NCBI GenBank assembly: GCA_964371785.1
Contig: CAYJOL010000002.1
Location: forward strand, 21,534 to 85,533
Direction of reading: 5' to 3'
From: an uncultured Ignavibacteriales bacterium
GTDB lineage: Bacteria > Zixibacteria > MSB-5A5 > GN15 > FEB-12
Length of the DNA: 64,000 bases
How positions within the stretch are numbered: the stretch's first letter is position 1; each line of letters starts with the position of its first letter. Under the pieces are notes generated by a model. It was not told the origin of the DNA. It was given only the letters and a program-made list of their open reading frames with translations, and did not search any database. Made by a program: the position numbers and the translations under genes. This document shows, piece after piece, positions 20,101-26,790 of this stretch.

Positions 20101-20263
20101 TTGCCACATCTCGATCCAGACGAGTATCGCGGGCGCGATACACTTCTCCCATACCACCGGCACCAATAAGCGAGAGAATCTCGTATCGATCGATCTTCAT
20201 CCCCAGCATAATGGACATCATTTCCCTCGCGCGCGAAACTCTTTCGTCTAACGGAATTGGCAC
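17105..20263 (-). CDS. Ser/Thr protein kinase fused to NB-ARC/STAND NTPase and TPR array
   Basis: 1052 aa. Kinase motifs GAGGMGEVY, AIK, HRDLKPANVM and GTPGYMSPE. P-loop LTGVGGIGKTRLA with Walker B LIVLDNCEH. C-terminal half consists of repeated TPR-like units (A..LGNLG.VA...G.Y..A...). Confidence 0.85.
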   Translation of the reverse strand: MPIPLDERVSRAREMMSIMLGMKIDRYEILSLIGAGGMGEVYRARDTRLDRDVAIKVLPGSVSSDAGRLDRFVREAKVLASLNHPNIGAIYGFEETPSAERYLVLELIEGEPLSERLKRGPLPLRDALCVGRGIAEALEAAHSRNVVHRDLKPANVMLTAVGGVKVLDFGLAQVNARLENQDLRNFKTDPADSSLNDSTVSFIRGGMSGAIEGTPGYMSPEQVRGDRQDHRTDLFAFGCLLFECITGTAAFSGTSAMERVTAILSVEPRWFLLEKSIPQTVRDLLEQCLEKDVDRRTPDIRIVRRQLDQSLGETEHVQSAIPNNLPSETSSFIGRGADVTECMRLLDHSRILTLTGVGGIGKTRLALQLAKNLLGRFHDGVWFVDLAPLSDPTLVVQIVATVLGVKEQAGTPLIETLKRRVASGHMLIVLDNCEHLLSACAEVVETLLAAGANLKIIVTSREGLSITGEQSMVVRPLTYPAATSSPDLREIESFEAVRLFVNRAKLIRHELALDLSNAQVIAEICRRLDGIPLAIELAAALVRVLSPAQIQSRLDHRFMLLTGGSKTALPRHQTLRAAIQWSYDHLRPEEQSSLKFLSVFAGGWTLSSAMHIMWENGTEFEALDMITRLLDKSLVVRDRDGLAGCRYRMLETVRQYAQEKLIESEENQTASSRHLGFFVAFTEHAALHLTGAEQAEWLIRLEDEHENLRAALSWARTQESAAETGLRLAVGAALFWQMRGHWSEGRRWLNQMMERDGLEEKTKGRALHFIGILADRQGDEDDALAASNKALSIRQEIEDKQGIADSLLHLGMLATRAEDFKLARSRIEQGLAIMRDLGNTRGIGISLGHLGIVAYYLGDYSSAQDRYNEALEIMRKVGDKSATAMALSNLGAVAVITRNYRLAKTHFEEALVISQEIGEKRVSAAANNNLGAVAIEMGNYSEAVEYLKKALQVYCDIGMKHGIAGSLELFARASQLRGGAEMAAKLFGAAESLRDAIHYPMPPSERADYDRSVASVRSALGGDRFEKEWIEGRNTSVEKAIELAMGARKSPD

Positions 20264-20615
20264 TTATCCGCTACACAGCACGAGACTTCCGCCGGTATCT
20301 GAGTCTGTCTTGGACGTTAAAGAACTCCAAACCCTACTTTATGGAGTTCCTATATAGTATTGCGCCCTTTATGGCCAGAATGCAAGTAATCAGATTTCCC
20401 CCGAGTCTACGATCGTATTTTAAGAGAAATCAAGAGTACGGCCGTCATATGCCACCCTCCCCCCAATTTGCCCCATTATATCCGGCCGATACGTGTTTTA
20501 AGCTATTGTGCCCAATAGCCTTCCAGACCTCGGGGCCCGCGGTTTCTGCCGGGGATACTTCGATGGACTCAAGATTATTTCGCCCATCAATTCTGAAACC
20601 CAGAACTGCGGTTAT

Positions 20616-21182
20616 TTACAGCATCGGCTCGTAGCACAAAAACACATTCCCGTTCTTGAACGCCCGGTTCTTTGTCAGCCTGAGCGACAGTTTCTCAGTC
20701 ACGCCATCGAAAATCGTCCGCCCCTTACCAAGCACCACCGGTACGACCAACAACTGATACTCATCAATCAGTCCGAGTGGCGTCAGCTGGGCGATGATAC
20801 TTCCGCTTCCGAGAATCGCCATGCCCTCGCCCGGTTCGCTTTTCATTTTCCGAACTTCGTCAATCGGATCGCCCTTAACCAGTCGCGTGTTGCTCCATGA
20901 CGCCGTGTCCAGCGTTCTTGAGAAGACGATCTTCTTCCGCTTATTCATGTTCTCAGCTATTATGGGATCAAACTCCGCCGCCATCGGGGTGGGCCAGAAG
21001 CTCGCCATCAGTTCGTATGTGATCCGCCCGAACAGCAGTATCCCTCCGCCCTGTGCATTTTCCTGGGAGAAAGCGTTCCACTCCGGGTCTCGGTTGACCT
21101 TGTTGTGCCAGCTGATGTCACCGTTTTCACCGGTGAAGTAGCCATCAAGTGTTATCAGATTGAATGCGATCAATTTCCGCAT
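20616..21182 (-). CDS. Dihydrofolate reductase-family protein (RibD C-terminal domain)
   Basis: 188 aa. MRKLIAFNLITLDGYF...ISWH...LLFGRITYE...AILGSGSI...DEYQLLVVPVVLGKG. Confidence 0.75.
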   Translation of the reverse strand: MRKLIAFNLITLDGYFTGENGDISWHNKVNRDPEWNAFSQENAQGGGILLFGRITYELMASFWPTPMAAEFDPIIAENMNKRKKIVFSRTLDTASWSNTRLVKGDPIDEVRKMKSEPGEGMAILGSGSIIAQLTPLGLIDEYQLLVVPVVLGKGRTIFDGVTEKLSLRLTKNRAFKNGNVFLCYEPML

Positions 21183-21337
21183 GGTAGATTTCCTTCTGCC
21201 TAAGAGTGAACATTCCGTTCGAGTTCAATTACAATGTCATACGCTTTTTGAGTTCGTCTGTGTTGGCATCTGCGGCGAACCCGTCACCGAGCATCAACAG
21301 TAATTGACTGAAAAACTAATTGCAGACCGGCGCTGCC

Positions 21338-21360
21338 AAAAAGCGGAGAGGCAGGGATTC
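21338..21360 (-). repeat. Displaced copy of the tRNA-Ser 3' end (putative distal att site)
   Basis: AAAAAGCGGAGAGGCAGGGATTC is identical over 23 nt, in the same orientation, to 53723..53745. The latter covers the 3' 17 nt of tRNA-Ser(GGA) plus 6 nt beyond it. Similarity stops abruptly on both sides. Confidence 0.75.
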
Positions 21361-21515
21361 TCCGCCGCCGTTTTCGTGTTACCCCATATATAGCTGTTAA
21401 ACTGCTGAGAAGCAACAGCGACAGCGACAGCAGAAGACTGGTAGAATAACACGCTCTCCGCACAAAGCCTCCTTTACTTCAAATGTCTCAACTACCGCAT
21501 GAAGCAATCATGCCT

Positions 21516-23102
21516 CTATTTGATCAATAGCACCTTCCGAGTGAATGATGCCCTTTCGTTCAAGCTGAGTCGGTAAATATAGACCCCAGATGAGACTACG
21601 TCGCCCGCATTGTCTCTTCCGTTCCAGATAAGCCGGTATTTGCCAGCCGTAGCCTGTGAGTTAAACAGAGTTCTGACTGATTCTCCCAAGATGTTAAAAA
21701 TGCTTAGATCGGCCTTTCCTGCCCTGGGCAGGTCAAATTCGATAGTCGTACTCAAATTGAAAGGGTTTGGATAATTCTGCTTTAGGTCAAATTCATTTGG
21801 CAACGTAGCATCATAATCATAGGGCACGTCAGTTCCGCTGTCCCATCCCGAGAATAGGAAGATCAGGGGAATAGTCCCGGCTCCCCTTAGTGTTGAGATT
21901 GCGAAGTCATCCAATCCATCTCCATTAATGTCTCCCAATCCCGAGACCTCATGCGCGAAGTAGTCGTGGTAATTTGGAAAATCGCTTATATCAATATGAA
22001 CATCTGGAATGCTATCCATGCTTGGGCCACCGTAGTAGATATTCGACCACCCCAGACCAGAGAGCGATGTAGAATACCCAGTGATCAGATCGGCATAGCC
22101 ATCATGATTCACGTCTCCGGCCAACCGACCCTTTTGACCCCAATCGCTCAATATGATATCCGGAATGGCGTCCAGACTTGGTCCCCCCCAGTACAGAAAG
22201 GAACGCGGGTCACTAGACGAACTCCCATAATAGTCTACATAGATATCAGGATAATTGTCGCCGTTCAGATCGCCAACGTCCTCCAGCAGCGATCCGAATT
22301 GTACGTATTGAGACGCAAAAGTGTCCGCTGGAGTAAAGATCAGATCAGGTATCGTGTCGAACAGTGGTCCCCCCCAGTACAACAGAACCTGTCCGTTAAT
22401 CTTCCGCAGCTCTTGATACGTAACGTCGGTAACCAAGTCGGGCCAGCCGTCATCATTATAGTCTTCTGTTAGAATCGAGTATCCAAAATTGGTCGATGAG
22501 GAACGATCGTTGGGTGGATATAGAATCTGGCTTGGTGTGCTGTCCCAGACCGCCCCGAGCTCAAATATTAGCAAGTATCGTTGGCGAGTGTCCCGGGTGA
22601 TAAGCTCCGGCGTCCCATTGTGGTTAATATCATTCCCATAGATCGCATTGCTGGCAAATGGCCAGTTTGTATCGTCGCCGAACAGGAAAACCGGCGTCGT
22701 AGTGAGCCCCGGCCCGCCATAAAACAGGGCAAGCCGCATCCTGCCATCTGAAAGTAGCCTTATTAGAGTGAAGTCTTTGTATCCATCGCCGTTTATGTCC
22801 CCCAGATTACTCATGTAACCCGATAGCATACTGTCAAATTCCATATAGTAGTTTGAGTTAGGAGGATTTCCACCTAGATAGAGATAGACCACTGGGCCTG
22901 CTTCGCCTACAAGGTAATCATCAAACCCGTCTCCATTCTGGTCACCAACTGGAACTATCCAATCACCAAACCAACTGTTGACAGAGTGTCCGAAAAGAGT
23001 ATCGATCATTGGTGGTATTGTCGCAACGTCCGCCCTACAAATACCTGCCATGGGAAGCGACAAGACAACGAAGAAAATGGAAGCTATTAGCCACAACTTC
23101 AT
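21516..23102 (-). CDS. FG-GAP (integrin-alpha/VCBS-like) repeat protein with T9SS C-terminal sorting domain
   Basis: Repeated GD[IVL]N[GH]DG[YL].D motifs at least 6 times. Signal peptide when started at MKLWLIASIFF (23102). C-terminus LKQNYPNPFNLSTTIEF...VYIYRL...KVLLIK. Confidence 0.85.
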   Translation of the reverse strand: MKLWLIASIFFVVLSLPMAGICRADVATIPPMIDTLFGHSVNSWFGDWIVPVGDQNGDGFDDYLVGEAGPVVYLYLGGNPPNSNYYMEFDSMLSGYMSNLGDINGDGYKDFTLIRLLSDGRMRLALFYGGPGLTTTPVFLFGDDTNWPFASNAIYGNDINHNGTPELITRDTRQRYLLIFELGAVWDSTPSQILYPPNDRSSSTNFGYSILTEDYNDDGWPDLVTDVTYQELRKINGQVLLYWGGPLFDTIPDLIFTPADTFASQYVQFGSLLEDVGDLNGDNYPDIYVDYYGSSSSDPRSFLYWGGPSLDAIPDIILSDWGQKGRLAGDVNHDGYADLITGYSTSLSGLGWSNIYYGGPSMDSIPDVHIDISDFPNYHDYFAHEVSGLGDINGDGLDDFAISTLRGAGTIPLIFLFSGWDSGTDVPYDYDATLPNEFDLKQNYPNPFNLSTTIEFDLPRAGKADLSIFNILGESVRTLFNSQATAGKYRLIWNGRDNAGDVVSSGVYIYRLSLNERASFTRKVLLIK

Positions 23103-23234
23103 GATTCGCCCTTTCAATACCCAATTATCCTGATACTTGGGCCGGGTGGCCCACCCCTTGGGGTGGGTTTCCTCATTAGTCCATCTGTATATCATCTATA
23201 TCGTCCATGTGTATTGGTACGTTCTCAACACCCG

Positions 23235-23267
23235 GGTGCCCCACAGCTCTGCTGTGGGAAAGTCACG
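23235..23267 (+). repeat. REP-like palindromic unit, copy A
   Basis: GGTGCCCCACAGCTCTGCTGTGGGAAAGTCACG, with an internal hairpin CCACAGC-TCT-GCTGTGG. Confidence 0.7.
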
Positions 23268-23280
23268 CACCCAGACAAAT

Positions 23281-23493
23281 TTACAATTCATAATCATCCA
23301 TTTCAAGCGGAACTTCTCGATGTCCGCAATACCACGTGTAACTGGACCATCGCCACTCACCCGGCTCGGAAACCAATCCCCGTTTCACCGGATTAGTGTG
23401 ACAATAGGTAATCTTCTCTCTGACAGTCTCGGCCGATCGACAATTATGGTCATAGCATCGGCGCTGCCAATACACCCGTGTCCGGTGCCCCAT
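23281..23493 (-). pseudogene. Truncated REP-associated tyrosine transposase (RAYT / IS200-like Y1), C-terminal half only
   Basis: YWQRRCYDHN...ITYCHTNPVKRGLVSEPGEWRWSSY matches the conserved RAYT C-terminus (Y.H.NPV..GLV..P..W.WSS). The N-terminal HUH half is absent. The apparent ATG lies inside REP copy B. Confidence 0.7.
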
Positions 23494-23516
23494 AGCTCTG
23501 CTGTGCGCAAGTTACG
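23484..23516 (+). repeat. REP-like palindromic unit, copy B
   Basis: GGTGCCCCATAGCTCTGCTGTGCGCAAGTTACG, same register and orientation as copy A. It abuts the break point of the RAYT remnant. Confidence 0.65.
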
Positions 23517-23593
23517 ACCGACGTATCTTTCCGGGCAAGCTCTAAGAAGGACCCTGCCCGACTGAATCAATCCGCACATGATCTCAGAAAGAG

Positions 23594-24160
23594 CTACTGC
23601 AGTTTCCCGGCATCCTTCATCATGTGCTTAAGGATCAGTATCTGACCGAAGTGTCCGGCGAAATGCTCCAGCACATGATACAGTGTCCACATCCGGGAAT
23701 ACTGCCGCTTGTTCAGTTTGTACAGCTTGTCCAGATCGCGATCACGCCAGGTTTTCATCTCGCGATGAGCGGAGCGCCGGGCCCGGGTTATCGCCTCCAG
23801 ATATTTATCGATTGTGTAGCCGCGAAGATACTCTGGATGCGTTCCGTCGGGCGGCAACGGCATGCCGTCGTCTTCAAAACCGCAAATCTTGCGGATCACC
23901 TGCTTGCCTTCCGGTTCCCACGGTATGCCTGCCGGCGCGACATTGATCCACCAGACTTCAACGAGCGCCTGGTGAGCCAGCAGCATGCCGATAGTATTCA
24001 TTCCCGGGCGTTGCTGCCATTCCAGTTGTTCGACCGTAAGACCCGCGACGCTTTCTTTAAGCTTCTTGAGCTGATCATCGAGTTGAGCGGCGAAGAGTCC
24101 GACTTTGGTCTGCGTTTTCGGATCGTAGCCCCGCGGAACCTTGATTTCGCGCTTTACCAT
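23594..24160 (-). CDS. DinB-family (DinB_2/DUF664-like) four-helix-bundle protein
   Basis: 188 aa. LLAHQALVEVWW...HREM...HVLEHFAGHFGQILILKH gives the conserved His triad spacing. GGAGGG RBS upstream. Confidence 0.7.
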   Translation of the reverse strand: MVKREIKVPRGYDPKTQTKVGLFAAQLDDQLKKLKESVAGLTVEQLEWQQRPGMNTIGMLLAHQALVEVWWINVAPAGIPWEPEGKQVIRKICGFEDDGMPLPPDGTHPEYLRGYTIDKYLEAITRARRSAHREMKTWRDRDLDKLYKLNKRQYSRMWTLYHVLEHFAGHFGQILILKHMMKDAGKLQ

Positions 24161-24237
24161 TTTTCCCTCCGGGTTTGTGTATGTTACCTTTGCACATACG
24201 TTCGTACCATGTTTCCGGTTGCGAAGACGAGACCGCC

Positions 24238-25533
24238 CTACGACCGGTTACCGGTGAGTCTTGTGATTTCCGGCAATTGCACTTTGGACGGACAGAGCTC
24301 CTTCAACCGCATCAGACCTTCTATCATCGGTGGTAAGGTCTCGGTAGCCCAGTTGCCGTCGATCAGCAAAGTGCTCAGGTGGGCTCTGTCACCGCTGGGA
24401 TGAAGGTCCGGCTCGATTGACTCCCAGTTTATTTTCATTTGTCCGCCGTACTTCTTCCAGAAAGTCGGATCATGAATTGCAAACAGGATTCCGTATTCAT
24501 AATTGCCCGAGAGGGCATTGAAACCGTACGACACTAATTCGATCGCTATATTGTGTCTATTGTCCAAGAGCCACTTCAATGCCTCGCAATTCTCGAAATA
24601 GTAACCCGGCTGAATATGGGTCGAACCGCCTTCCACTTCTTCGCCGCCAAAGAGTTCTTCATAGATCTCACGATACACGGTGTGGAGGACGTTTGCTTCA
24701 ACCCGCCGGTTACACATATGTTGATGGAACGCCCGGGGGATCACGCTGATGGAGTTCTGGTTGTCTGCTACTTTTGACGATCGAATCTGAGTAACCAGAT
24801 AGTAATCGTTGTGCGGCGACGGTCGAGCGGCGGCAAAGACGACAAACACTCCGCCTGCGCATATACGGTGTCTTGGCGACAATATGGCCGAGCGGCTCGG
24901 CAACAGCATTTCCCGAATCGACAGGCAATTCATTCGATCTTCGAGAATGTGTTCGCAGTCATGTCCCTCTTCGATCAACGCTTCGTAGAGCTCGTCGATC
25001 ACCAGACCCATCGTAAACTTATACGTGAAGAAATCCGTGACCGCAAATGTCGATTGATACTCGCTTGCATCCAACTTGAAATCCGTCATGCGATAGATAG
25101 GGCGATCTTCGAGCTGAAGGTTCTGTCCCTCCACTACCGCAAGCAGTCGCGAAACTTTATTAATATCGGGGAGCACAACTTTCAGCGGCTCATCGACCAA
25201 CCGGCACGAGCCGTCGTCAATGTCCAGGCTGATGATGCGTTCATTCCACGATGGCCTCGTCAGGGCGTTGGTGTGAATACTCTTTCCATCGACCGAATAT
25301 GAGTAGAAATAGGAATCATCGGCCGGATTGCGCCGTTCGTAGTATTGCCTGAGAAGGGTCGTGTCGAGATTGTTTCTGAAGATATCGGCGAATTGTCTCC
25401 TGCGTTCCTGCTGATATCTGATATCCTGGATATCCTTGCCCCGTTGTCGGTAATCGGCGAGCTTCTTGGAGAGCTCTTTCACTGACAGTCCGGTTATCAC
25501 CGCTATGGCCGACAAGATTTCAATACCGAACAT
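24238..25533 (-). CDS. Hypothetical protein with degenerate Nudix-like fold
   Basis: 431 aa with a GGGAGG RBS. Residues about 225-300 read GGVFVVF...YYLVTQIRS...SVIPRAF...E(x8)REIYEELFGGEE. This resembles the Nudix box GX5EX7REUXEEXGU but is off by one residue in two places. Confidence 0.55.
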   Translation of the reverse strand: MFGIEILSAIAVITGLSVKELSKKLADYRQRGKDIQDIRYQQERRRQFADIFRNNLDTTLLRQYYERRNPADDSYFYSYSVDGKSIHTNALTRPSWNERIISLDIDDGSCRLVDEPLKVVLPDINKVSRLLAVVEGQNLQLEDRPIYRMTDFKLDASEYQSTFAVTDFFTYKFTMGLVIDELYEALIEEGHDCEHILEDRMNCLSIREMLLPSRSAILSPRHRICAGGVFVVFAAARPSPHNDYYLVTQIRSSKVADNQNSISVIPRAFHQHMCNRRVEANVLHTVYREIYEELFGGEEVEGGSTHIQPGYYFENCEALKWLLDNRHNIAIELVSYGFNALSGNYEYGILFAIHDPTFWKKYGGQMKINWESIEPDLHPSGDRAHLSTLLIDGNWATETLPPMIEGLMRLKELCPSKVQLPEITRLTGNRS

Positions 25534-25689
25534 GGCATACCTCCCGCTACCGAGTACAAAACCGGCGTTTCAGAATCTGTTTGGCTTTTCCCACGTTATC
25601 GACAATGTAAGAACAAACAGCCTTTGACACAAGGCCTCACAAACAGTTTTCTTATCGGGTCGAATTGTCTCCACGGACGTCCACATCCG

Positions 25690-25758
25690 GGTTCCTCACA
25701 GCTCTGCCGGGTGCTGCAGAGCTGTGGTGCCCCATAGCTCTGCTATGGGAAGGTCACA
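25690..25758 (+). repeat. Composite REP-like element (copies C1 and C2)
   Basis: CACAGCTCTGC-8 nt-GCAGAGCTGTG forms a perfect 11-bp hairpin at 25697..25726. It is fused to the unit GGTGCCCCATAGCTCTGCTATGGGAAGGTCACA at 25726..25758. Confidence 0.7.
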
Positions 25759-25818
25759 TGATGCAACCATATTACGGTTTACCCCCGTCCAATTCAATCA
25801 GAGCACCGCGTTGTCCAA

Positions 25819-25930
25819 CTGGACTTCCCATCCGGTGTTTGCATGCCACTTGCCCGCCGCTGACGGCGGCAATGATACGGCGGGCTCGAAGACGAGTCCA
25901 CCCTACGAAGAAACGCATCTACTATTACGG
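25819..25930 (+). repeat. 112-bp structured repeat, copy 1
   Basis: Aligns without gaps to 53581..53692 at roughly 90% identity. Contains two GC-rich hairpins, one around CCGCCG-CTGA-CGGCGG and one at GGCGGGCTCG-AAGA-CGAGTCCACC. Confidence 0.8.
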
Positions 25931-25998
25931 CTAGGTGACCCAGTCGTCATCCGGCGGGTCAGCCAAATCTACACCACATAGGCAACCCAATTCGCCGA

Positions 25999-26790
25999 TC
26001 AGCCACCTAGATGAACGATCTTCCAGAAATCTGCCTCGGAATAATTTCGTTTATCGAAAAACAGCGATTTGCCCAAAGCATCGATGATCTCGTTCTCCTT
26101 CATTCTGCCTGATGGTGTGCCTATGAGCCCAGAGTCCCGGTACAATCTGACCAAACGTCCATCCCCAATCGGCTCACTCTGAAAAAATTTCAAGCGATCC
26201 AGCCGTTCCTGCCCTATTTCGGACATTGCCCACTTACTGAAGTAGGTTACCCAGTACAGACCGGGAAACATGGCACAAAAATCGTCGCGGCGACATCTTC
26301 CGCCAGCCGTCTGGCCCACATAGAACTCTGTAGATCCCAATTCCTCCTTTAGAAACACGAAATGCTTCTGATCAAGGTCTTTCACAGTTGTAAGATAACC
26401 AAACGCCGGATCGAAATTCTCCACAACAAATCTAAACAATTCAACCGCCAACTCATCTCCGGCGTTCATGGCCAGATAAACGCGGCAACCCCAGGGAAAC
26501 CGATTGGGATTCAGGCCCACTCTTTCGCTCCAGTCCATATTGGCCGTGAATCTCGGTCGAGATGCTCGCCTTAACATGACGGGAGACTTATACTTCAGCC
26601 ACAGGGAAATCGCTCCCTCCACACCGTCTTCGCTCAGTTTCCTTCGAATTGGCTCGCCGGATCCGTAATATTCCGGCCGAAGCAGGGAATTCCTGTGGCC
26701 GCACCAATCGGTCAGTAAGGAACGTGCAAATTCCTCCGATCCAATGTTCTTTATTGTTTGAATATTGATATAGTACATCGGTGCCCTCAT
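25999..26790 (-). CDS. Putative immunity protein for the upstream Rhs C-terminal toxin
   Basis: 263 aa. The start codon overlaps the Rhs stop in an ATGA arrangement at 26787..26790. No signal peptide and no family recognised. The call rests on position only. Confidence 0.6.
   Translation of the reverse strand: MRAPMYYINIQTIKNIGSEEFARSLLTDWCGHRNSLLRPEYYGSGEPIRRKLSEDGVEGAISLWLKYKSPVMLRRASRPRFTANMDWSERVGLNPNRFPWGCRVYLAMNAGDELAVELFRFVVENFDPAFGYLTTVKDLDQKHFVFLKEELGSTEFYVGQTAGGRCRRDDFCAMFPGLYWVTYFSKWAMSEIGQERLDRLKFFQSEPIGDGRLVRLYRDSGLIGTPSGRMKENEIIDALGKSLFFDKRNYSEADFWKIVHLGG

Noticed and set aside
21400-21440. A short CAGCGA tandem (gcaacagcgacagcgacagcagaag) in the gap after the distal att-like repeat
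   Set aside because: It has only two to three imperfect units with no partner elsewhere in the window. This is not distinguishable from chance in GC-rich noncoding DNA.
25931-25998. A possible extension of the 112-bp repeat homology toward the flanks (caacccaatt versus cagcccaatc)
   Set aside because: Only about 8 of 10 positions match, after an unalignable gap of about 40 nt. That is too weak to claim.
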